Below are positions 23,430 through 38,400 of a stretch of DNA of 64,000 nucleotides, one piece after another; position 1 is the first letter of the stretch; the number at the start of each line of letters is the position of its first letter. The DNA is from Seison nebaliae (lineage: Eukaryota). Location: the NCBI GenBank assembly GCA_023231475.1, contig JALJEE010002407.1:1-64000 (forward strand). The letters run 5' to 3'. The notes below the pieces were generated by a model, which had not been told where the DNA came from, made no database searches, and was given only the letters and a program-made list of their open reading frames with translations. The translations under genes and the position numbers were made by a program.

Positions 23430-26400
23430 CTAGTTTTTTTTATCAGTCTCACTATTTATTCCATCGTTCTACTGCGAATGAGAAAGCGAGATTGTGATGA
23501 ATTAAAGTAAAAAATGAACTTGAACAGCAGGAGCTCGTCGACGCAATATTCGTTCAGTCTCTGCCATGAAAGTCTCGATTTGGTCAATATCTTTCGCTAA
23601 TGTGGCCGATGGAATATTATTACTGGAACGATGAGATTATTATAAAAAAATTTTAATTTCAAAAATCACTTTAAGGAATTGATGGGTTGTTGATATGATT
23701 GATTATTCGTCGTTTGAAATGCAGTTTTGGTCGATGGGACATTCATCAATAATGATTGTAATTGTAGCCATCTCGCTTCAATACTTTTCATTCTTTCGAG
23801 AATTAACGTTGCATCAGTCGGTGATGATTTCTTCATAACTTCCTTCCCAACTTGTTGCAATCGTTCATATTGGGAACTTTTTGAATTCATTTCATCTTTT
23901 ACCTTATGATCGTTAAGTTATCAGAAGAAATCAGGTATTAGGTATTAACTAAATAACGAAAATAAACTCTAACTTGTTTTTGGGAGGATGTGTTCGATGG
24001 ATTTGCATTGAGTATTCCAGTCGAATTGTTGAACCAATTGGAGAGATCTTTATAATCGTCATGGAAAATTTTCACTTTGTCCACATTCTGTAGCCAAGTC
24101 GAATATTTCGAGGTGAAATCCTGATGGATTTTTTGCCAAGCGTTCCCTAATTCATCGAGAGTCGCTCTCAATCGTTTCGTTTCGTCATCCTCTTCTACCG
24201 TTTCTCTCATTCGTTCTCGATAACTGAGCAATTGTACCCCACGGTCTTGAGCCTTCTTTACGGCCGGTTCGAGACTCTTCATCGATTCTTCGATTTGGCG
24301 AAATTTGTTGTCTTGGACTGGCAGATCCTGTAACTCAGCCGTCGCATTCAAAGTGTCTAAACTCTGTCTCACGAATATGATGTAAAGACGAAGTTTGTCG
24401 ACGCATCGAATGAAATCGGTCGCATCGATATTATCACTTCCAATTTTCGTATTATAATTGGCATTCAATGATACGGAACCGTTTTCTTTCACTTGATAAT
24501 TCGACGTGGATTGAGGAACAGCGTTACCTAATGTATGAGCTGTGGCACTCGCATCATTTCCTGTTGCATGGACGTTAATATCGACGAGATTACTCGATTG
24601 TCCCGAAGTGTAAGCGCCGTTATTGGATTGATGTGTTTGGTAGAGCGGAACGGTGGCACCGGCCGGTTGAGGAATCGTATTCAAATTTGGAATATTCGCC
24701 AAATTCTGAACACCGCCCGGACCGACCGTTCTCATCGTACTTGTACTACCATCACCAGAAATATGAATGATTTGTTGGAATAATTGAGGGAGACCAACAT
24801 TCCATGGTATGGTTGGTTCATAAACATCTTGCTGATATAATGACGTGGTATCCATTCGTGGACTGATAACACCGCCACCTAAACGTTGTGTTGTGGTGGT
24901 ACTTCGAACCGTTTCAACTGCTCCATCTTGGACAATAGGTACACAAACTGCTTCCAGATTCATTGGTTCCATTTTGAGAAATTCCGAATTCGCTACTACA
25001 CTATTGGAAGTTTGGCGTTGTAATTGATGACGGACATGATTCGCTAATCGATCCCATCTCTCGTGAATGTAAGTGTAATTGTTACGATTGAGTGCAACGC
25101 CTTGCTGTTTCAATCGATCGATTTCACCGTTTAATCTTTGTATTTCTGATTTGTAAGTGTCTAACTCATTTTGGAGAATTCTCAACGAGTCTTTATCCAA
25201 TTCACTTTCTCGTAGTCGTCGTTCCAAATCGTCTAATTTATTCAACAACATTTGCTCCCGATCTTGATATTGGGCCAATAACGCCTCTCGGCGTTTTCTT
25301 TCACTTTCTTCCTCTTCTTCTCTACGACGTGCCTAAAACGGAAAAAAAATGATTAAATTACTCAAATATTAAATTTTTAAGTAAATTAATTTTAAATAAA
25401 TTTTAATTAAACTATTAAAATTTTTTTTAATATTTCCTAATTCTATGAAATTTCCTTAAATAGTTCAACTTATGGAAAACTATACCAATAGTAAATTATT
25501 ATTTACTTGACGATTTTTATTGTCCTGCAAATAATTGTAATTGAAGTCATTAATTTTCTTTTGTTCATTCTCTTTCGACGATGGAATAAATGTGGTGTGA
25601 CCAGAAAGATATGGTGCCGAATCGATCGATCTACTCATCACTGGAGTTGAGATTGGATGAGAATATGATGTAGTCGTTGTTCTGGAAGTTAATATTTGAC
25701 GATTGATTGCATTATATTCTTCGATATCGCCCATTCCATCCAATTGATTGTTTTCCATAATTCTCAATAAATTTCCATCATTTCTTCCCATATTGGAATC
25801 ATTTCGATCTTTCTGGAGATAAGATGCTAAATGGAAAGATGTTTTTGATCGAAATCCTTTCTCAAGAGTTTTCTTACGTGCTAAATGATTTGATTGATTT
25901 GATGATGTATTTCGCTCATTTCCATTATCATCATCCACATTCAACATCTTCAGATACAACAGAGCTCTCAAGTATTTGTTCTTGAGTTGTGTATCTTTCG
26001 AGAGAGTAAGATGAATTGGATCGAATTCATTTTGATTCTCAGTAGCCAGAGCCAAATCTTTTTCATTTTCTTCAACCTTCAAACTTTCCATCTTTTCCTT
26101 CAGATTATTAGATTTACTTTGAAAAGTTAAATGTCTGATATCTTTGTCTAATTCCAGATCAGATTGTGTGAGAATTTCTTCCAAGTTGTCAATTGATTTC
26201 TTCTTCTTCACTCTCTTCTTTGTTCGTTCTTTCTGATGAGATTTTGAGTTGGCGGAAGAAATAGAAGAGAATTGTTTATTCGAACTTGTTTTCATTTCAT
26301 CATAATTATTTATTTGAGTAGAAAGACTTTCGATGCAGGATGATGTATCTGAATAACTGTCCGTTTTTCCTAATGAATTTGTTAGATTCACCAAATTGTT

Positions 26401-29400
26401 TCTCTTGGATGAACTAGATAAATCTTCGACTTTATTCGATGATAACGATAAATGTTCCATCGTAAACGGTTTTATTGATGAGTCGCCAATACTAATACGA
26501 TATGATGGTGAAATTATTTCACTTAAATTTGAATTACGATTTTCATTCGTGTTGACAATTATCTTTTTCAATTTTTCATAATTCTCCGAAATCGAATTTG
26601 TACCTAAAGACGACACATATGACGGTTCATCATCATCATTCTTTGTATCATCATCAACACCGTTTTCAGTCGTTCCACTCTCAATGGTGATGGAGTTTGT
26701 AAGATTTTCTTCTTTTACTGAAGATTCTTTATCATTTTCAATCAATCGAGGCTTTCTCCTTCTTCCTCCTCTGCCTCCAACGGAAGAAGATGTTGCTGAT
26801 TTTCCTGAACTCGACGAGTGTTTATTTATCGTTGAATTTTCTGTATTAATTCGATTATCTCCGTTACTCGTCCTGATTCTTGCGTACAACTCCTCATTAG
26901 GCAGGTTAGTCATTTAATTAACAAACACAAATACACTTAGACCAACAGGGAAGAGAATTTAGAATCAGAACAAATGGAACATTCTCAACAAAATAAGGAC
27001 GAAGCAAAATGTTCACTGCACAAATATCTGTCGATTGTGGGAATGGAAGGAAGGAAGGGAAGGAGAGTTGATAGTATGAGAATTACCAATAAATTAGTAT
27101 CGGAATAATAATTTGTTTGTGATTTGATAAGAAACATAATCATTCAATAATTGATGGGAAATGATATATAATAAATAATTATTCAATTTCAATTCTTTCC
27201 CTTGTGAAAAAGAAAGGAATTTTGAGAGGAATCGAGACCTTTATTCGACCTTTACACATCATCAGTCTCTGATATATTACCTGTCATTTATTCTTCCATT
27301 GTGGAATATGGTAAACTAACTGAATTCCAATTCCTTTGAGTAACGATATTTACATCCTTCTCCCTCTTAACAAGAACAACGAGAATACCGATCAATAAAA
27401 CAATGATCAGGAATTGTTTCGGATGAATTACGGTTTCTTTTCTTTTTTTCTTTATCAATTCACTTCTTCCTTCTAACAACTTCTCTAATACGTAAATCCT
27501 TATCAAATGATATGTAACAAGTAAATGTAATTAATACATTTCTCCTCGATACATTTCCGTGTGAGAGAAAAAGGAAAATAAAGTCAATTGACGAGATGTT
27601 TCCAAAATAAAGATTCCATCATTTTCAAACTAATTATTCTTCCCACTCCCTCTTTCCTCCGCACATCATTCCGTAGAGATAGAAATGCCTTCGAAAATTG
27701 AGGAAAAAATCCTGAACAAAGAACGTTAAGCATGACGACTACCTATACTCAAATATTGACGAACCTGACAACTTTCTCAACTCATTCTTCTTATCATTTC
27801 CTTATGGAGAAATATATAGAGATCCAATAACGTGCTAAGATATTGCAGAGAAATACCAAGCCCAAATTATCAACCGCAATTACTTCACACAATTTTTGAG
27901 AGTTCGGAGGTGTTCGGAAGAATATATCAATATGCAACTTTCCTTCTTATCTAAATTAATTCTTGCATATTATTCCTCTACTATGTACTATCATCTCATT
28001 GTCGTATCGTATCGAATGAAATAGCGAAAGAGAATAATGATTTCTCCTTATTTACTCGTGCTCTTATGGGAAGTGGAAATAAGACGTTGTGCTCATCGAA
28101 GAATAATGAACAATATTCATTCAACGACGACGTCAAAGATCAATAAAAATTGTATTTGCTCTAACAATCGAATATCAACTTAAGCACTTTTTAATTAATT
28201 GAGAGAATAATTAATAACATTTCATACCAATCTGTAAACTAAAAAAATAATCTTCTTAATTAACTTCAACAATTCTATAAGGGACAATGACATCAATGTG
28301 AAAAGATGAAGAGTTTTTGGGAAATTCAAATTTATTTCCATCAACCGTTTTCATGATAATTCTACTAAATACAATTATATAATATAATAACGGAAACTAG
28401 AGAAGTGAAAAATTTCTATACAATAATTTCCTGATAGATATTCCTCTGCACACTTTCACCAACTGTATATCTCGCACAATCTATACAGATTCTTATCATT
28501 TCCCCATTTATTATTTCTATATTTTCCATTAATTCTTTTCGTCGATAAGGGAAAAGCGGAAAAAAGAGAATAATTGTTAATTGGTAGAAGGAGAAACATT
28601 GAAAATTCAATAATATCTAGTTAAACGATTAAGGTAGGAAGGAAAATACGTAACATCGTCATGAAGTACGGAAACGACCATCTCACCATATTATTTACTA
28701 TCTGGACTTCATATCATAATTCATCCAATTACTAACTAATATGACATCGATAAAAAGTTTTATGACATTTCTGATTAGTTTTCATATTTCAAATTTACTC
28801 TTGCGTAATCGTAATGCACCAGATATTATGATTACTGTTTCTAATCATATTGCTCTTGGCCAAAAACAAAAAAAAAAGATAATTTGTGAATTTGATTATT
28901 CAAATTCTCCAAAAAATCATATGGAGGATGATTTCATCTATCACAAATCGAATGAGAAAATGAGATGAAATGAAGAATATGTAACATATGCTCACAATCT
29001 TTCAACAAGTTTCAAAATTACAAGAAAAAAGATACATGATGAAGATTAGTAATAAAAGAAATAAAATGAGTTCCATAATAATTAAGAAAAAAAAGAATTT
29101 ATTTCAACTTTCCTCATTATAGCCAAAAGGAACGGACATGTCTGCCATAAAACAAAAATTCTGATAAAACTGTTGCGTATGTCTCTATTAGTGCAACAAC
29201 AGACTGACCTTCTCTCGAAGGTCATTCTTATCATTTTTAATAGTTCAATTTTATTCTTTTCATATTCCTTCTTTCTCTGGACATGGTACATGTTAATTCT
29301 ATAGAAATAATATTTCCGATAAATTCTTCTCTCTGTTCATCCAACATTGTTTTCCGTCAATGACGGTTCTTTCCAAATGGACTTCTAGTCCTTTTCAAAA

Positions 29401-32400
29401 AGGAAAACGAAAAAAAAACAAACATTTAATGTTCTCGCATTTGCTCGTTGCATCATGGCTTCGTTCTCTTTATCTTGCAACAATTTGTAACATCGTTCAA
29501 ATCGAAATAATGTCTGATTGACTTCCTGTTTCAATAGATCGATTGCCGAATTTATACCCGAATCTGTCGTTCGTTCCCATCTTCTTAATGTCTCCGCATT
29601 TTTACTCTGATCATCCAGTTCGTTAATTAATCGACGAACTTTCTCAATATCAGCCAATGCCATCGCTTCGTCGTCATCAACGGTCGGAGTGACGGGACGA
29701 TTTTCTCGTCGTTCCACCTTCTCCACCACAACATTCACTTCGTCCATCGTATCTTGAATACGACGTAATTCCAAATCTTTGTCCGACATTTTCTGCTCGA
29801 GAACTTTTTGACGTTTATCCAATCTCGTTTTCAAACGAGCCCAACGATCGTCTAAAACTCGTACTCGTTCCAAAGGTAATTGGAGAGCTTGACAGACATG
29901 TTGACTTGTTCCCATAAATCCCATGACATTACTCAAATTATATAAAGATCGACTCGTCTCATGAATGGATTCTAATTCATCATTTTCTAATCTTCTCATT
30001 TCACTGAGTCTGGTATGACACCATTCCATCTCATCTTGCAAATTAGCCACATTCGATGATATTGGTGATGATAATGCATTTAATCGTTGATCAGTTTCAT
30101 GTTCCACTTTATCCAACCATTCATGAGTGATACGATAATCGATATCAAATTGTTTAGCTAATCTCGTCGTTTTCTCAATATCTTGTTTGGCTCGAGTTGC
30201 TTTCGATCCCAATTCATTATATTTTTGTTTTAATTCATCAATATCTCTTGTTAATTGAGTGACATTTTCAACTTGTCGTTTATCACAAATTGATCGACCA
30301 ATTTTAATAACTGATTCAACTTCCGATTTAACTTCACTTAATTGATTATAAATTTTGAGACAAGCGTCTAATTTCTCTTGTAAATAATTGGGATCATCAG
30401 AAGTAATATCAGTCGCATAAGTGAAAGATGATTCGATTTCATTTAATCGACGTTGTATTCGATTGAAACGAATATCGAAATCACTTGGCTTTTGAAATCG
30501 TCGATATAAATCCTTCACTTCATCTAAACGATTCTTCAATCGATTCGATTCCAATAATTGATCTTTAATCAATTGATGTTTATGATGTTCTTCCATCGGT
30601 GTCCGTTGCTCATCCAATTGTAAAAGGTCGTTCAATTTAAGTAGACTCGTCTCATGAATTGTTAAATCGGCATCGATTCGTTCGGATTCTTGTGGAACAT
30701 CATTCGCTGACACTCCATCTTTTATTCGTTGATTCAAAATATTCTTCGTATCATCAATCCATTTGGAGATTGTTTGAAATTGTTTCTTTGTTATATCTAA
30801 TTGTCTCGCATTCGAATCCAAAGTATTCACTTGATGTTGAGCATTATCATGTAATTCATGCCATCGACTTGCTAATTTTTTCAAAATTTCTCGAACGATA
30901 TTTGGTAGAACTCCATATTGGACGAGATGAGAACCGATATCTTCCGCATTCCGTTTACTCTCCGCTGGATGATCTCGTACTAATCGTTCGATTTTCGATG
31001 CCGTCTCCTCTAGAATTCGACTGTCCTGACTATTCATAACGGAATTGGCATTGTGTAACAACGATTCCAATCGATCAAGATAATGTGAGACATCATTGAC
31101 ATGATTTCCAAATTCTTGCCATTTCTCATTCGCTTCAGTGATGGCACGATATCGTGCATCAACTCTCTTATGGAGATTCGTCCAATTCGTATTCAAAATC
31201 ATCAAATTCTTCGCTAAATCCGGTAAAGTACCAGCGGGAGCTGTAGAAAGAACTTGATTAACTTCTTGACTGACAGATTTGTATTCTGAGTCTTTCCGAT
31301 TAATTTCTTCTTTTAATTCTTGATATTTTCTAGTTTTACTTCGCAATTGTTCCACCGTTTCTGTCACTCCTTCGTCTTGTGGAACCATTTCCAATTTCGT
31401 ATTAATCCAATCGATCAATCGTAATAATCGATCATTCACTTGACGATTTTGTACATATGTACTATGTAAATGTGAATGAGTTGATTGAACTTCCACATCT
31501 AATCGTTTCCATCGTTCTTCCATATCAGTCACATCGTTCCGAATTCGTTCAGCAAATCGAGGCTCATTTTGAATTACTCCAGTGACATTTGAACCACCTA
31601 ATGTTATCCATTGTCGTGCGGTATCGATCAATGCGGTTACGGTTGGTTGAAGACGATTAAGGTCTTCTTGCATTCTTCCCACATCTTCCACTTTGGCTGA
31701 TAAGGGAACGTCGATATTGTTAGAGATTCCACTCAATGTCTTTTCCGCTCCATTTATCCAATTGACGATCTCGTCAAATTCATGTTGCCATTCACGTAAT
31801 TTTCTCGCTGCGTCTTGAGTCTTCCTCAATCGATCATTTATCACATTCGTCAAATCTTCCGTTCGTTGTTCGAGAGCACGAACTTGCTGATTTGGAGTAT
31901 CTCCACTTACCAGAGGTGATGATGTCAATTCTGGTGACCAGGTAATTGGCAAAGTGACATTCCTAACAACATCATCTGCTAATCGACGCAATCTTTCGAT
32001 TTGAGATTTGTGCTCATTCACTTGTCGCAATAGACCTCGATAAGAGATAGCAGCTTCGTCCAACACTGGAGCTTCATTCATGAAAAAACCATCATTCTGG
32101 ATTGCTCGTTCGATATCTCGGATCCATTTGGCGAACGAATCTCTCGCATTCACATATTGACCAACGAGCATCTCCTTGTAATTCTGTTCGGCCCTATCTG
32201 AAAATGGGAGAAAGAAAATGAAAAATTCAAATAATTTAAATTTTAAATAATTCGTTAAAATTAAAAAATTCCATATTTAATGGAATCGAAATAATCGATA
32301 GAAATGATGATCGAAAGAAATTATTTTCAGATGAAACCTGGAAGAATTGAAGAGATTTCAACCGATTGAAGATTCTCGAAAGAAGTCTTCAATTCCACTA

Positions 32401-35400
32401 AATTACTCGTATGAGTGTTGATTAGAGATTCATTGAAATAATTCGAATCCATTTCATTCACACAATTCAAATTTTTACGCCAATATTTCATTGACCTCAA
32501 TGCCGGTCTCGGCCACGTCACATCATCGATATGGTCCAATGGACCATATGGTGAGAATCGTGTTCCGTGTGCAATTTGATGGAAATCATCAGTAACGGCC
32601 ATTAAAATTCTCAAAAGACGACGTCCTTCCACATCCATTTGTCGTCGTTTTTCATCTTCTTCGTCTTGTAATCGACGACGCTCCTCCATTATCTTCTCCT
32701 CTCTCTTATAAGTTGATGTTGATTGTTGAGGCATTTCACGGACAGTCGTACGAATATAATGATATTCTTTATCACCTGCCGGATTGATCCGTTCTTCGAC
32801 GGTAACCGTCGAATTCTCTTGTTGTTCGTCACTATTGTTGTTGTTGTTGTTGTTGTTGTTTGGAATTGTTATGGATTTAGAAGTATTATAATCGAGATTG
32901 GATGATTGTAAATCGTAGAGAGATGTCGACGTTCTCTTATTGATATTATCCATGTGTTTATTCGTTATTTCTTTACCGTCGCCGGTGACGGTGATGGAAG
33001 TTGTGGAGGTGGGAAAACAACGTTGTATCAAAGTTTCGAATCGTTCATTCTGAACTGCTTTCTCTTCGTCAGTTAAATCCGTATAATTTTTAGTTATATG
33101 GTCGTTATTTTCGATGAAGTTATAGTCTTTCGATTTACTCCGTTGGAAACCTGATGAGCCGGTATTGGTGTGATTTGAACGATATATCGACGGTATTGGA
33201 TTATATTGATTATTGTGTCGATCATGATAATGATGATGATGATGTTGTCGTCGATGATGATATGGACTATGATGGTAAGTGGAATTGGCGAGATTGGTAT
33301 GTCGATCCATCAAACTACTACCGCGATGACGGAAACCGGACGAATATGACGGAATGATATTTCGAGTTGTCGTTCTCTCCTCATTGATCTCATGTACAGG
33401 AAAGAAGTATCGCGACATATTTCACATGAAACTAGTTTTAGATGTCGTATGGTGAACACTAAGAGGAGAACGTTCTAATTTGCTTAATCAATACAATCTA
33501 TCAAATATCAGAGACGAATGGACAATAAATTTATTATTATTATGATGATGATCAATTCCCATAAATGAGTATCGATTCCTTCCCCTTCTTTTTTGAACAA
33601 CAACGTCTTCAGTATCGATTTATTTATTTATCAGAAATTTTCGAACGAACGAAAATTTCGAATCTCTATGAGAATATCGGTCAATTGTGTAGAAATTTAA
33701 AACGATTTTTTTCGTCTATTATAAAAACATTTCTCATCGCTACACTCACAGTGGGAGATCAAATTGTCGAAATCGCATTTAACGACACAATAACACTCAG
33801 ATACTTCACCAACAATCTTCTCAATTATCGAAAGAAAAATTTTTTCTCGTTTCTCTCATTTCATTATCATCATTCAATTCCTTAACAAATTATCTTTCTT
33901 CTCATCACTCGGGATTGGGATACTGTGAATTATTTCGAGATTTAATTGATACATCATAACTATGTCTCATAGAAAGATGATGGAAGCGGATTTGATAATA
34001 ATCACATCATTAACAACACGAGAAGATATTTCAACAATTAGAAATAACAATCGTAATTGACGAACCATTACGAACAATCGACGATGGAAGATGATGTATT
34101 TAAATCATTGTGTTTAACGTAACAACTTATTCGATATTGTCCTTCGACTTATCGCTTATTTATTTTAGTCTTAGAATGAATGAATGAATGAGTGATCGAT
34201 TGAATCATGAAATTTGGAGGAGAGTTTCAATTTCAAGAAATTTAACAATAAAAATTATTTTATTCAAATTATTTAAAATAAATCTATCTAATCTCCACAT
34301 TCGATTACATGAGAAGGGAAGTGGAAATTGATTTCTCTTCAACATCCACATCAACATCTCTGATAACAGAACGATTGATGAGGATCGATCAAAATTTTAA
34401 ATGATATTGAAATAATTCATTTCGATTACGTGTAGTAGAGAATGAATTACATTAATCTTCTTCTGATGACTATCCTTATTCTTCTCGTATTGATATTCAA
34501 TCTGAATAATTGATTTGTAGTAATTCCTTGAAAGAATTACTCGATCGAACAATAAAGGAATGTTGGAAACAATTACCATTCTCTTAATAAGATGTTGAAT
34601 CTGGTTCGATACGTTCCTTTACGAGAATCATTCGTGGAGAACATTCATTAAATACGGTTCACTTTCACAACGACATCACTTCCACTCTAAATATTTCTAT
34701 CGACTGTTAAACACCTCGGAAAGAAACTCTTCGAAAGATACAGAAGGAAATTTTCGATGTTCACTTAATTCTCCTCGTACATATTCGGGATTGTGGAGAT
34801 ATAACAACCTCCCATTAACCGTACACTTACACGAAGAGAGTTAATTCCTTCATATTTTCGAAGGTGAACAAATACTCCATTGTTTAACGGCTATCAACGA
34901 GAATATTGTGTGTAGTCACAGAACTAGACTGATTAAGATGGCCAGAAGTGAATTGCATCAAACTACTTCTCAAATCAAATCACATCAGCTGTATAACATT
35001 AACGATTGGCAGTTATTTACGATAGGACTAAATGTGCAGCATGGTCATGCATAATGGTAACATTGAGGACTGACATATACATCTCCCTCAAACCATTTAC
35101 CTTCTCTTACGATCTCGCTCTTAATTGCTTCATACTACGCTAAACATCTACAACTTTCATTGAATATGGTTGAGTGAAAATTGAAGGAATTAATCATGAA
35201 ATTATTTTGAAAGAATTACTCATTAAATGATTCGGAAAAGAATTCAAATGTTTTGTCTCATATTTTGATGAGACCACTACGACAACGACGAGAACGATGA
35301 TGATGATGAGATAAGATTTATTTATTTATTGACATTTGATCTTTTATTTCTATTCTTATTCCACACACGAAATATTCCCCTAAACAATTTGACGATTAGA

Positions 35401-38400
35401 GAAAGAATCTCGTGAGGTATCGAGATGTATCTGCCGGAGAGTAACATCTAAATATACATAAGAATAAATAGAAAGATACGTCGAAATAGAATTTATTTTT
35501 ATTGTGTTGGGGAGAAAAGTAAGCAAATTTATCGATTAACAAATCAAACGACGGATGATGACATACGGAAGAACTGAATGTGATTATTCCATTGTCTTTA
35601 AATCACGTTCATCTCGCACTCTCCCCACCACCCCCCAATGATTAGGGAGAGCCGCAAAAAGAATTCCAATACATCAAGTTGACTCCGAAATAATTCATCA
35701 TTCCCAGTTCGTTTCAGTGAGAACAATAATGGCATTTCTGGAGATGTTCATCAATTCATTTCCAGATAATGCATCAATTTATTGCAGATACTCCACACAC
35801 ATATATACACACACACACACAGGCCATTGTTGTGATAGAACATGTTATTCTAATGAAATATCATCATAATGGTAATGATGATGATGATGATGATAAGATG
35901 GAATGGAATGGATGGAACAAGGAGAATTATTATGATAATGTTCGATAGCATAAACGATTAGATGTTATTAAGTTTGAAAGAAACTATTTATTATAAAGTT
36001 ACTTAAGAAACAATAAATCGAATATAATGGAGAAGAAGACGAAGGAATTACTTATTTTCATATAACGATCCTTTAGAGGAATATAACGATATTTGAGGTA
36101 ATTCCCATTTGAAGAAGAGAAACGTAGAATAAACGTCGTTGATGGTTGTGGCTGAGATGTTTTCATTCTGAAAGAATGTTATCACAGAACGCTTATAGGT
36201 TGGGGGAAAGCATTCGAAACGACGCAGAAACAACGATAAATGAGATTTGTTATACATAATAATGCTCATGAACAAGGACGTCGATTATTATTAAATGATT
36301 CGACAAAATAATATTTCTTCCCATCTTCCTTCCTCCTCATCATCAACGTCACCTATACTATTATCAATATTTCTTCCCTTCATTGTTTTATATAAAACGA
36401 AAACGAACATATTTGACGAGGAGTTCTACAATAACAACAACAAAAACTTCTTCATATCAACGACCATTTGTGATTTGACAGTTGATACAGTTGGTCTGAA
36501 GGAGAGAACGTCCCTGAAAACCTTTCCGATAAGGAATATATGTTCAAATATAATAAATAAATTATCGATGAGAATGTTATACGTCAAGATGTCGATATGG
36601 ACGAAATTAATGTTCGAATTCGTACAACAGAAATATTTCCTCTCTTATTTTGAAGAAATCGTTTTGCTTAAACACTTATGATTAACTCAGACATTGATTC
36701 GACTGAAATTAAATTCTAATTAAAGTGAAGTCGCTTCGAAGAAGTTTTTGGGGAAAGTCATGTCGAATTTTATGTTACTATTTATATAATGATTACATCA
36801 TCAGTTAATAAGATTTATCTATAACTGTTTTATTGAATATTTTGAATACTTTTCATTTCAATTTGTCTTTTTGAGAAGTGGTCCCTCTTTTTTCGAGAGG
36901 TTATTATTGAATGGAAGAAAAGTTATTGAAGTTTTTCTCCAAGTTTTTTACTCCAAAAACAATAGGAGAAATTAGAATTAGATGGAGAGAATTAGATAAA
37001 CAAAGAAGAAATCAAGTTGAATTCACCTAAATATTTCTCGTAAAAATAATCGATGGATAATGCAAGAAATGGGATGAATAGAAAAATTCAATGAATTTTA
37101 TGATAGAATAGAATAAAAGGGGGGTAAAGATAATAGAAAGTCGGAAATCGAACTAATTCATATGAATTTATCGTTGAACTTCATCTCGACCTCATTGGCG
37201 TTTTATTGATTAATTGTTATCTATTCACTTTTATTCTTTTCTTCCTAATCGCTTCCTTTTTCCTTCTTCTTCCTCTTTTACAGATCTACATAATAAATAT
37301 TACACTACCATTACGGTATTGAACATGACTTCTTCAATTATACATCAACATAACTTGAAAATTATTTCACTTTTCCTTTCCTTTACCCCTCGCTCAATAT
37401 CTCCGTGTTCCTTCCAAAAATTTAATAATTCATTTAAAGGACTTTATGGTCGATTGACCGGAGAAGGTTGAAGGATCTTATAACTTTGTTTATTGTTTTC
37501 ATAATAGTCAAAATCTGTTCCTAAATATCCTTCAACATTTCACTTCCATTCATTCCTCCAAATTCCAGCCTACACGTCAAGAGAAACATCTGAACATATA
37601 TTTCTTTTCAATTCCTCTTTTTGGTGTTAGAAACATATGTTTCAATTTCATTCGATCATAATGGTGAACGATGTGAGAAAGATGGAAAATGGACCGAAAT
37701 AATAATAACCTTCATATCTCTAGAGAACATGATGATGATGATGAAGAGAATGAAACATTATTAATCGAATTAACGTTAGAAAGAAATGTAACTTGTGCTT
37801 GGATCTTGTTGATTAATTCGGATAATATTGCGAATTTTTCTCCGACCTCTTTCAATTTCCCTTCAGTCTCTTCAGTAGGCGCATGATCTTTTAGAAGAAT
37901 TTTAAATTATTTTTAATAATTAATTAATTTGAATAATTTAATAACTTTCTCGTAATTCGTCGATTAATGTCCGTCCCAAAACTTGGAATCGACTGTGGGG
38001 TGGTTTGACTTGTTGACGGAATTCCTCACAAATCTATTTTCATCATATTCAAGGTCAATTTAAGAACAATTTCAAATTTAACATCATTCAATTCGTCATT
38101 ATTAGTCGTGGTTTGTAATCGAGTTTCTATTTTGTCCATTTTCTCCTGCAACTCTTTGTGCATCGATTCGAATTGTCTCAATAATTGTGTAGTCGTTTCA
38201 GGGAGATTATCAAACTTATTTTGTTCGTTCGTTATCAACGGAATATCGGTGGATTGGAGACGTTTGGCGAAAGCATCTAATGTCGACACGAACTTATTCC
38301 ATCGATTGGTTATCGCGTCTTGATCATGACCGATTTGGGCGAGGGCAGCTGGTGAGCTTTGGAGTGGTGTCTTCAACCAATCGATAGTGAGACAAACTTC

